Assembly: GCF_964213995.1 (NCBI RefSeq)
Contig: NW_027590120.1
Location: 248,001 to 312,000, forward strand
Reading direction: 5' to 3'
Length of the DNA: 64,000 nt
Source of the DNA: Mustelus asterias
Taxonomy: Eukaryota
Made by a program: the position numbers and the translations under genes. Every line of letters starts with the position of its first letter. Position 1 is the stretch's first letter. The notes beneath the pieces were generated by a model. It saw only the letters and a program-made list of their open reading frames with translations. It had not been told where the DNA came from and made no database searches. This document shows, one piece after another, positions 1 through 10,555 of this stretch.

Positions 1-27
1 CCGTGTACTGTCGGATGTCAGTTCCTT

Positions 28-297
28 CACGGGTCATAGGTTCAATGTGAAGGGGGGGAGGTTTAACACAGATATCAGACGGACATATTTTACACAGAGG
101 GTGGTGGGGGCCTGGAATGCGCTGCCAGGCAAGGTGGTGGAGGCGGACACACTGGGGACGTTTAAGACTTATCTAGACAGCCATATGAACGGAGTGGGAA
201 TGGAGGGATACAAAAGAATGGTCTAGTTTGGACCAGGGAGCGGCGCGGGCTTGGAGGGCCGAAGGGCCTGTTCCTGTGCTGTTTTGTTCTTTGTTCT
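28..297 (+). mobile_element. CR1 LINE 3' end (end of ORF2 plus 3'UTR)
   Basis: Reads ...YFTQRVVGAWNALP...; ends in GGGCCGAAGGGCCTGTTCCTGTGCTG followed by a (TGTTCTT)n tail; same family as the copy ending near 49077. Confidence 0.9.
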
Positions 298-2582
298 AAT
301 TTACAAACCACTTCTGCAATCTCACATCGGTGTTCCAATTCCTCCTTTAACCCCCTGTTGGAGTCTCAGGCTCATCAGCCATCTTCACACACGTCCCTCC
401 CTGTTAAACGTTGCCTCTCATTTTATTTTTAACCAGACAGACTTTTGTCATGCTTGTTGGCATCTCTTTTCCCTCTCCAACAAATCATTGTTTTACATTT
501 GTGGAAGGTTTATCAGGTCTTTTAGGATTGTGCTGTGTTTTTTACCAATCAGTTTCATCATCCTGGATTCCACTTTCTTACAAAGGAAGCACCATTAAAT
601 AATTCTGGAAGAATCTTCAGAAGAAAGTCAAAAGTCAGAGTCAAAGGGGTTCTTCATCTCAATGTCTTTGCTTATTTCCCCCTGTACAGTCCCAATGTCT
701 CATATGATGGCCAGATTATCAAATTCCGTTCTCTCAAATAGTTCATAGACAAAGAAACAAATATCTCCAAGAGAAAACTGTCACCTCATTCATCTCATCT
801 GGACTTCCCTTTCACTCAAATCTTCATAAACACCCAAATGTATGGATTGCTTTAAACTACACTTTCAGGAGTTCTGGAGAATCTTTGGAGTCAAATAAAT
901 CATTAAGTATTCTCATAATATCTTTTAACAGAAACCGAACATTTCTGTTTGATTCCAGGCATTATCAATTTTGTTCTTTCCCTTAAACACCAGGTAATTT
1001 CCATTTTAAATGCTTGAAATAGCAACCCAGGTCAGATATATCGATTCTAATCTCAAAAGCAGGCTTGTGGGCTTTCTGAAAGGTAAAGTCTTTTATTCTT
1101 TGCTTTAATTCTCAAAACTGCGGCCTTCACTCGGATTGTTTGTGAGTGAAACCGTCATCACCTGTTTAAAAAAACAATCCATCTGGCTCTGGCCAGGATC
1201 CCAGTGAGTTAATATGTCCAATCACAGGTTACATTAAAAAACAAAGGCTGTTTGGAGATTTATAAAAATCAACTGTCTGCTGAAAGGGTTAACTTCTCTG
1301 TGGAACCGAGAGAGGCGGGGAGTGGGCAGAGGAAACTTGGCAATTGCATCAACTTACATAATTTAAAAAACTTCTCTTGTGTTATTTTCTTCAATTTTGC
1401 TCAAATTTCATCTCTTTTGTCTGTCTTTTTTGTAAATGCCAATTTCCAATATTTGCTACTTAATCAAAGTTGAAAGAAATACTTTGTGAAATATGTTGTG
1501 AACCAAATCTCAACAATTTTAACTCAGATGTTTTGGAAAGTTGGAACGGTTTTGCTGCCAAACTGAAGCCTTATCTTTGTGTTTTGGGAGCAAATTGGCC
1601 TTCACAATTCTAACCTTGAACAACTTAATTTCAAACCCAAATACATTCCTTTCACATTTTAGTACAGTCTGAATTTATTTCAAACAGAAACACACGGCAG
1701 TTCAAATTAAATTAATTTTTATTCCCTTTCCAAACGAATTCTTCGAATCTATGATACTTGCAAAAAACACGCTGCTTTAAGAATTCCTTCAACTGGGCAA
1801 ACCAACTTGGAGTAAGGGTTGTGGATCATGATGGTGCAGAAGTCATGGCTAACCTCACACACCTGCATTCCCTTATCACACAGGAGAGGCAGAGGAGAGG
1901 GGGGAGTGCTTTCAGTGATTTTTGTTTTGGAGAAAACAACTACATCTGCTCGCTGGTGACTGATTTGTGTCTCAGGTTGTTTGATTTTAGCTAAACACAG
2001 GGAGTGGTCTGCTTCAGGGGAGGTGTCACTTTGTGGCTGAATTCACTTCCTCAAAGTCCCCACGGCATTTTCTAACTCTTCACTTGATCTGATATTTTCT
2101 GACTGTAAATCAATATCTTGTTCCAGAGTTTGGCCGAACAGCAGTAGATTTTTCTGAGCTCCACTCACCCTATCATCTGCCCCCTGTTCCCAATGTAACT
2201 GATTGTCCAGGTCAGACGTGCTCTCCTGCCAGCAATCAGCTCCATTCTGCCGCTTATCCACCAGTTCCCTCAACTCTTTATATTTTGTACTCAGCTGTGA
2301 GGCACAGGTTTCCAATGTAACTGGAAATTAATTTATTCTGGACTTTTTCCAACTCGCTATTTCCTTCCTGAATCTCTTTAGAAAACCTATCAAGGACCCG
2401 CTCGTAATCTCCGTCACATTCTTCTCCACCTCCCAGGGTATCTTGTACTCCTGATGCCTTTGACTCCGTTGTCAAACTGTCAGTCACATTGTAGCAGATG
2501 CCAAAGCCATTGTTGTATTTGTTTTTTTGAGGCAGCAGTGCTAACCACTGTGCCACTGGATGGAATGCTGGCCCAGTGGAGA

Positions 2583-2773
2583 GAAACATAGAAACTAGAA
2601 GCAGGAGTAGGCCATTCGGCCCTTTGAGCCTGCTCCACCATTCATCTTGACCATGGCTGATCATCAAATTCAATTTCCTGATTCCCCCCTTCCTTCCATA
2701 TCCCTTGATCCCTTTAGCCCCAAGAGTATATCTCATATCTTCTTGAAATCAGACAATGTTTTGGCTTCAACTA
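2583..2773 (-). mobile_element. CR1 LINE 3' fragment
   Basis: AGAAACATAGAAACTAGAAGCAGGAGTAGGCCATTCGGCCC is the reverse complement of the CR1 3'UTR/tail seen on + at 62230-62288. Confidence 0.85.
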
Positions 2774-2777
2774 TAGG

Positions 2778-2866
2778 GTGACATGGTGGCACCTTGGTTA
2801 GCACTGCTGCCTCACAGCGCCAGGGACCCATTTAATTCCAGCCTTGGGTGAGTGTCTGTATGGGAG
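2778..2866 (+). mobile_element. tRNA-derived SINE head fragment
   Basis: GGTGGCACCTTGGTTAGCACTGCTGCCTCACAGCGCCAGGGACC matches the 5' A-box region of the full SINEs at 19058-19400 and 56229-56571. Confidence 0.75.
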
Positions 2867-2966
2867 AGTGTTGTATCTCTCCCCTCTCACCTTAAACCTA
2901 TGCCTCTAGTTTAAATTCCCCTACCTTTGGGACAAGATGTTGACTATCTAGCTGATAAAAGTCCCA

Positions 2967-3210
2967 GGGGGCGATTCTCCCAACAGAATTCTAAGTGCTG
3001 AATTGGCTGGAAAGTTGGTGTAAATCACTCAGGTTTTTTTCAGTGGGAGTTCTGACTCGACTCTCTCACACTCTGTGCAACGCAAAAGCCACAATCATGA
3101 ATATCATTAAAAGCTCGGGGGATGGGGCCTATTCATGCCAGAGTCTGACAATTCCAGAACTCTGTGCATGTGCAGTGGCCCCGATCTGTCAACCTGCAGT
3201 TTGCCGGCCA
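2967..3210 (+). mobile_element. putative non-autonomous DNA transposon end
   Basis: Begins GGGGCGATTCTCCC...TTCTAAGTG, resembling the GGGCCCGATTTT...TTCTAAGTG terminus at 34993; no partner end found. Confidence 0.4.
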
Positions 3211-3214
3211 GCTC

Positions 3215-3560
3215 GATTGCTGGCCAGCCCGTTGCCGATGAGACGCGTCTGTGCGATTCCCCGCACTGGCGATTAGCCAGAAGTGTGTGATTTCCCCCCC
3301 TCCCCCCTTGCCGATGAGCTGGGTCTGTGTCATTCCCCCAATTGGCGATGAGCTGGGTCTGTGTGATTCTCCAATTGTTGATGAGCTGGGTCTGTGTGAT
3401 TCCCCCCATTGGTGATGAGCTGGGTCTGTGCGATTCCTCTCATTAGCAATTAGCTGGATCTGTGTGATTCCCCCATTGGTGATGAGCTGGGTCTGTGTGA
3501 TTCCCCCCATTGGCGATGAGCTGGGTCTGTGTGATTCCCCCCATTGGCGATGACCTGGGT
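3215..3560. repeat. 34-bp minisatellite (GTGTGATTCCCCCCATTGGCGATGAGCTGGGTCT), about 8-9 degenerate copies
   Basis: Period 34 seen directly, e.g. GATGAGCTGG at 3481 and 3515. Confidence 0.9.
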
Positions 3561-4051
3561 ATTTCATTTAAATGTTTTATTGTACTTAATTAATCATGTT
3601 TCTATGTTTCTTCTCCCCAGGAATTTGAATTTTGAAGACTGAAATGTGACTCGGAACTCTTGGACCAGAGGGTTTCTACAGAGGAGGAGGATGAACTGAG
3701 GCCTGTTCTACAGGCCACACTCACGTGTGTTGTTGTCACTTAATTGACCTGAACGAGGTGGGGGGTGGAGTTTCAAGACCTGTGGTTAAAATAACCCAGC
3801 TTTGCAATTCGTCACAAATATGTTAACCCTTTGGTGGATGATAAAGCGAAAATTAACTCTGTAATATGAAACGGTCTGTTAGTTTGTTTGTATCCAAATT
3901 ATCAGGAATTTGAGACAGAGCAATGAACCTAATTTTAAATAGAACGCACAGAGGCCTTTACAATTCAGTTTTTGAACTTCAGACGTTTGTCACTAATTCC
4001 TAGGGGGGTGGGGGGGGGGCGGGTGGAGTTGGGGTGGTTTTCACTGTTTCT

Positions 4052-4320
4052 GCCTCTCTCTCTCTCTGACACTCTCTCTCACACTTGCCTTCACGCTCCA
4101 CTCTCGCTCATGCTCTGACTCGCTCTCACTCTTGCTCTCTCCCTCTCTCTCTCTCTCGCTCTCTCTCTCTTGCTTCTCTCCCGCTCGCGCTCTCCCTCGC
4201 TCTCTCTCTTACTCTCGGCCTCTCGCTCTTCGCCTCTCCCTCTCAGCCTCTCTCTCTCGACCTCTGTCTGCCTCTCTTTGTCTACTTCTCTCTCTCTGCG
4301 TCTCTCTCATTCTCTGCGTC
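4052..4320. repeat. (CT)n-rich low-complexity tract
   Basis: Direct inspection; explains the spurious Ser/Leu ORFs. Confidence 0.9.
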
Positions 4321-4369
4321 GCAATGTCCGTGATATCTCTTGTGTGTTACTGGATTATGTTTTTAAAAG

Positions 4370-4580
4370 GATAAAAGCAAATTACTGCAGATGTTGGAAT
4401 CTGAAACCAAAAGAGAAAACGCTGGAAAATCTCAGTAGGTCTGGCAGCATCTGTAGGAGAGAAGAGAGCTGACGTTTCCAGTCAGCTTTGACCCTTTGTT
4501 AAAGCTCAAAGCTCAAAGCTTTGACAAAGGGTCGTCTGGAATTAAAACGTCAGCTCCTTTCTCTCCTTACAGATGCTGCC
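4370..4580. mobile_element. Penelope-derived inverted-repeat element (second family) with decayed hammerhead-like core
   Basis: Arms GGCAGCATCTGTAGGAGAGAAGAGAGCTGACGTTT (4443-) and AAACGTCAGCTCCTTTCTCTCCTTACAGATGCTGCC (-4580) are reverse complements. TGACAAAGGGTC...AAAACGTC resembles a decayed CUGANGA/GAAA core. Confidence 0.6.
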
Positions 4581-4665
4581 ATGTTTTTAAAAGGTTTCGG
4601 CTCAGCTTCAAGAGGAAGTTTAACGCCTCAGAGGACTGGAGGGAAATCTCCCGATTTGGGACAAT

Positions 4666-5142
4666 GCACACATACATACAGATTATACACAAAGATACAC
4701 ACACACAGACAGATGCACACTGATATGCACACGGATGCACACTGATGCACACACACATAGGCACACTGAGATACACACTGATAGACACTGATAGACACAC
4801 AAATACTGATACACACTGATAGACACACACAGATACACACTGATCGACACACAAACACTGATACACACTGATCGACACAAACACTGATACACACTGATAG
4901 ACACACATAGATGCACACTGATGTACGCACTGATAGGCACTGACAGACACACAAAAACTGATACGGACTGATGTGGACAAACACAGATACACGCTGATAG
5001 ACACACAAACTCTGATACACACTAACAGACACACACAGATAGAGACTGATAGACACACACTGGTACACACTGATAGACACACACTGATACACACACACAG
5101 ATACACGCTGATGTGCAAACAAATTGACACTCACGCATCCTG

Positions 5143-5178
<36 letters not shown>

Positions 5179-6209
5179 ATATGCACAGACACACACTGAT
5201 ACAAACACAGATACACGCACTGACGCACACACACACAATGACGCACACACACACAGACATTGACAGACCACACATAGACATTGACAGACACACACACACG
5301 CACAGACTCTGACAGACAGACATACATAGACACTGACAGACACACACACACGGACTCTGTCAGACACACACACATAGAGACTGACAGATACACACATAGA
5401 CACTGACATACACACACACAGACTCTGACAGATGCACACAGACTCTGACAGACACACACATAGACACTGACATACACACACACAGAATCTGACAGACACA
5501 CATGCACACTCTGACAGATACATACATAGACACTGACATACACAGACACAGACTTTGACAGACACACACACAGACACTCACAGACACACATACGTAGACA
5601 CTGACAGACACACGCACAGACACTGACAGGCACACACACACAGACTCTGACAGACACACATAGACATTGACAGACAGACACACACAGACTCTGACAGACA
5701 CACACACACTCTCACAGACACACACACATAGACACTGACAGACACACACACAGATTCTGACAGACACACACACACACACACACAGACACTGACAGACACA
5801 CACACAGACTCTGACAGACGCACACACACAGACACTGACAGACACACACACACATACTCTAACAGACACGCACACACGGACTCTGACAGACACACACACA
5901 GAGACACTGAAAGGCACACACACATAGACACTGACAGACACACACAGACTCTGACAGACACAAATACATAGACACTGACAGCCACACACACACACACTGA
6001 CACACACACATAGACACTGAGAGACACACACACACAGAGTCTGACAGACACACACACAGACTCTGACAGACACACACGCATAGACACTGACAGACACACA
6101 CAGAGACACGGACAGACACACACACACAGACTCTGACACACACACACACATACACACACAGAAACTGACAGGCACATACACGTACACACTGATAGAAACA
6201 AACACACAC
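4666..6209. repeat. compound (CA)/(GA)-based satellite (ACACACAGACACTGACAG-like units)
   Basis: Direct inspection; source of the many Val/Cys ORFs. Confidence 0.95.
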
Positions 6210-6304
6210 CAGCTCCCTGATTCGTTGAAGCGTCTGTCGCTCAGCGAATGGTGCTCCCGGATTTGTTCTGGGGGTTACTGCCGCTAGCGGTATGCTGCTG
6301 CTGT

Positions 6305-6860
6305 CCTCATTGGCTGACACAGCTGTGAGTCAGAAAGCTCAGCCTCTGATTGGCTCATCCGCTGTCAAAATGAGGAGACCAGTCGTTGGTGGGAAGCGAG
6401 CGGTAATTCTGATTGGCTGATTCATGCAATCGTCGGTCTGGCCTCCGATTGGCTGACGTGGTCAGTTATCAATCCTGTCCCTGATTGGCTGAGGGGGGAG
6501 TGGTCAGTTAGCCATCCAGTCTCTGATTGGCAGAGGCAGTCAGTTAACAATCCAGTCTCTGATTGGCTGAGGCGGTCATTTAGCAATACAGTCTCTGATT
6601 GGCTGAGGCGGTCAGTTAGCAATCCAGTCTCTGATTAGCTGAGGCGGTCAGTTAGCAATTCACTCTCTGATTGGCTGAGGCGGTCAGTTAGCAATCCAGT
6701 CTCTGATTGGCTGAGGCGGTCAGTTAGCAATCCAGTCTCTGATTAGCTGAGGCGGTCAGTTAGCAATCCAGTCTCTGATTGGCTGAGGCGGTCAGTTCGC
6801 AATCCAGTCTCTGATTGGCTGAGACGGTCAGTTAGTGATCCCGCTCTGTGATTGGCTGTC
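6305..6860 (-). repeat. 36-bp tandem array, each unit containing a CCAAT box (AGCCAATCAG on minus)
   Basis: Unit AATCCAGTCTCTGATTGGCTGAGGCGGTCAGTTAGC with period 36 (6621, 6657, 6693...); degenerate units extend down to about 6305. Confidence 0.9.
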
Positions 6861-6868
6861 AGTCAGTT

Positions 6869-7764
6869 TTATTTGCTCATTAATTGAATAATTGATGTAA
6901 GCGGATATTTCACCGCAATTCTTATCTGCTCCCTGAATTTGGATTGGGTCACCACGTAAATAAATGTGTTTGTGCAGGAATTTAAATCCTGCAGCATAAA
7001 TCCAACTATTTGAAATGTAAATTCAGGGATAGTGAGGTAAATTAATCCTTTCACTGTCACATAGAAAAATTTTATAACATACACCGACCAGAGGAGAATG
7101 AAAGCTCCGGATATGCTGAAGAGCAAAATCATTGACTTCTTTCTGCTCTCCATCTCGGGGTCTCTGCGATTCTCTCCCTGACTCTGAGCCCTCAGTCCCT
7201 TCCGGACTCGACTGGTCACCAAAATGTATCTGACTGTCAGCGTGTTAATCAACAGAATTAAACCAAATGGGATCAATGGGGTTAAAACCTTATCAAACCA
7301 GGAAAATCCAATCCAGCCAGGATCAGTCCAATAGATTGCCTTTGTCTGACAACCCCACTGGACATTGCCGATTACCCTTTGAGGTTGATTTGTAAAGTAC
7401 ACGGGGATGTTTTTCACAGAGAGCAGGATGCCGGTTGTTGCCAGAACCACAGCCGCAGTTATCCCAGTGCAATACTTAGTTTTCAGTTTCTGGCAGCGAA
7501 TGGCCACAAATCGATCAAAGGAGAAAGTGACGGTGAACCAGACAGAGCAGTCTGTGGCTGCATTCAGCAGGACAGCTTTAACGCGACACACAGAGGTGAG
7601 GTGCAGGAAATTCAGGGGGAAATAATAACCACTTATCTTGGTGAGAATGGGGTGAAATATGATGAACAGTAGATCCGCCGCTGCCATGGACACCAGGTAG
7701 CGAGTGGTGCAGGTGGAGAGGCCACACTTTCCCCGACTCAAGATCACAATTCCCAGTAAATTAA
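6869..7764 (-). CDS. GPR139/GPR142-like class A GPCR, exon 2 (TM1 end to C-terminus)
   Basis: Polypyrimidine tract plus CTGACAG acceptor ends at 7765. Translation VNLLGIVILSRGKCGLS...MAAADLL...FSFDRFVAI...NSCTNTFIY has 7TM motifs and is open to the stop at 6869-6871. The ORF-track N-terminal extension to 8032 is intronic. Confidence 0.93.
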
Positions 7765-9744
7765 CTGTCAGAGAAAAAGGGACAAGAGCCGGGAAATTAG
7801 TGAGTAAACATTCTCCATGTGTGAACCGACAGTAAGGGGAGGATTTCAGCATCAATCCAATGAACAGTGGTTCCCAGGGTGGCGGTGTTGTTGGAGGAGT
7901 TGTGTGAGAGATTAACATTGCTGACTCGAAAGTAGCCAATGTAACACCGCTGGTTAAGTAGGGACTGGGGGACAGACAGCTCTGAATTACACATCTCTCA
8001 CTTTTTGGAGCAAATCTGCAAATTCTGATCATTAAAATGTTTCAGAGAGATTGCATTTCTCATCTTATCTGTTTTACAGGATTAGTTCAGACTGGACGGG
8101 TTTCCCAATTAGACCCAAAGTGGACAGAGATAGAATCTGAATCCCTCCCTGCACCCAATTATTAGAGCCCGCCCCGGATTTAACACGTCTCAGGGCTGTA
8201 CAGCTGTTGGAGTTGGAAGTCAATTCAGGATTTTTCTATTTAATTTCCCCTCTCCAAATTTCTTCCCCATTCTGACTCTCCCCCGCAGCTTTTCCGCTTC
8301 TAATTTTCAGATTGTGTCCTCTGTCCGTCTCTTTCTTTCCTTTCTTCTCTCCCTCTCTCTGTGCCTTCTCCTTTGCTTCCCTTTCTGTCTCTTCCTAAAC
8401 TCTTCTTCTCTCAGACCAGCTTTATTCCCTCTATCTGGATTTCTCTCTTATCCAGTGCGTTTCCATTCTTCATTCACATTATAACTTTCCCCCATATCTC
8501 CCTATCGCTCTCCAATTGTTCTCTCTCTCCTCCTGTTTCTCCCCATATCTCTCTATCTCACCCCAGTATTGCTCTCTCCATGTTGCTCTCTCCCCATTTC
8601 TGTTCATCTCCCTCCAGAATCTCTCCCTCTCCCTTTCCAGCTTTCTGTGTGGGGCTTTTAAGCACCGCATGATCCCATGGGCAGCACTGTGACCATATCC
8701 AGAGAGGACAAAGTGGCCGGGGGGGGGGAGACATTTCATTCCCCCAGCCTCGCGTTTGGTGTAATCCTCCACCCAGCCACTGAGCGCCATGTGAATTCTG
8801 AGTTTGGATGCATATCCACTCAGTGACAGAAAGAGATGAACTCTCCTCTTTAAACTGGAAAAAAGCTGTGTAAGTTCCTTTGGTTCACTTTTTAAAATGA
8901 GCCTCCCAGTAGTTATTAATTAATAAATTAATCGATTTATTGATCTATTGATTGATTTCTGTAAATAAGGAATATCAGTGGATCAGACTGAGGCTATTCT
9001 CCAGAGACAGGGAGCTGGGCACTGACCCTTAACTGGAGACCTCCAGATAATGTGATTCTTCCCACTCCCCTCATAGCAATATGATTTGTGGTCATGGCAA
9101 TGTGGGTCACAAATATTGCAACGCTCCTTTCAACACAGTGCACATGAAAGAAGGGGGAAGAAGCAGAGATATGGACAGAAATAAGAAGTTAGAAGGAGAG
9201 ATGGAGTAAGGGTGTGGTTGCAAAGACCTGGACAGAGATAAGAACACCCACCTTTACAATGAGTGAGAGCGACAGTGGCAGGAGGAGTAAATAGAAGGAC
9301 GGAGGTGGAAGAGAGGTAGAGGAAGGCCCGAGAGGAGTGGAAAGTCAAAGCAGAGGTGGTGATGGAGGGAGCGCATTTGAGAATGAGAGACAGGATGTGA
9401 GGGTCTCCAGTGTGTAGTCACTAGATGCAGCTCCACTCAAACCCTGTCAGGTAGTCTGACTTGTGGAGAAACATCCTGGGAGGATTTCAAAAGTGTCCTG
9501 AAGTAATCAGCAGCCCCTTCCCAAACTGAAAGAGGGAGTTGAGCAACTTCTAGAGACTGAGAGGGAACAGGGGGTGGGCAGGATGCAGCAGGGCTGGCAT
9601 TTTAATTCAGGTTTAGAAGATTCGCTCTGTGGAACTTTCTCTTTCTCCATTTCAATGTTTCTGTCTGACTGGAAGAAATGGAGGGAAGGAAAGAGTGAGA
9701 GGAAATAATGAGAACCAAGAGAGAGAGAGGTATAGCATGAAAGG

Positions 9745-10555
9745 ATCATACAGAGCAGAAGAGGCACTTCGGCCCATCGAGTCCACACTGACACGTTAGA
9801 AATACCTGAAATGCCACCTAACCCCATCTGCCAGCACTTGTCTCATAGCCCTGAATGTAATGATGTGGTAAGTGCTCATCCACTTACTTTTTAAAGGGTG
9901 TGAGGCGAACCGCCTCCACCACCCTCCAAGGCAGCGCATTCCAGAACATCACCACCCTCTGGATAAAAAAAAGTATTTTCTCACATCCCCCCGAAGCTCC
10001 TTGCCCTCACCATGAAGCTATGTACCTTCATGACTGACACTTCAGATAAGGGGAACAGCTGCTCCTTATCCACTCTGTCCATGTCCCTCATAATCTTGTG
10101 CACCTCGATCAGGTCGCCCCACTGTCTTCTCTCCGAAAACGTTAATACCACAAGCCTACTCAACCTCTTTTCATAAGGTAGATATTCCATACAACATGCA
10201 GCATCTTGGTGAATCTCCTCTGCAACCCCTTCAGTGCAATAGCATCCTTCCCATAATGTGGCGATCAGAACTGCACACAGTACTCTCGCTCGGACCTCAC
10301 CAAAGTTCTATACAACACCAACATTACTTCCTGCTTTTGTAATTTATGCCTCGATTGATAAAGGCAAGTATCCCCAATGCCATTTTCACCACCCTACTAA
10401 CATGCCCTTCTGCTTTCTAAGATCTGTGGACAAACACGCCAAGGTCACATTCTGCCAGAGATCTTCCTGGAGTCCGAACATTCGTTGAGTACTTCCTTGT
10501 CAAATTACTCCTTCCAAAGTGTATCAGCTCAAACTTTCCAGGGTTACATTCCATT
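9745..10555 (-). mobile_element. CR1 LINE 3' fragment, degenerate (in GPCR intron)
   Basis: YEKRLSRL...GDLIEVHKIMRDMDRVD ORF2 C-terminal motif and CR1 3'UTR. Confidence 0.85.

Noticed and set aside
3601-3760. Acceptor/donor-bounded candidate exon on plus
   Set aside because: No recognisable coding content or partner exons; splice-like motifs alone are insufficient.
4085-6320. Many long Val/Cys- or Ser/Leu-rich ORFs
   Set aside because: Translations of CT and CA microsatellite tracts.
7765-8032. N-terminal 89 aa of the 387-aa ORF as part of the GPCR
   Set aside because: Lies upstream of a clear splice acceptor; the true TM1 start is exon 1 at 17738-17672.
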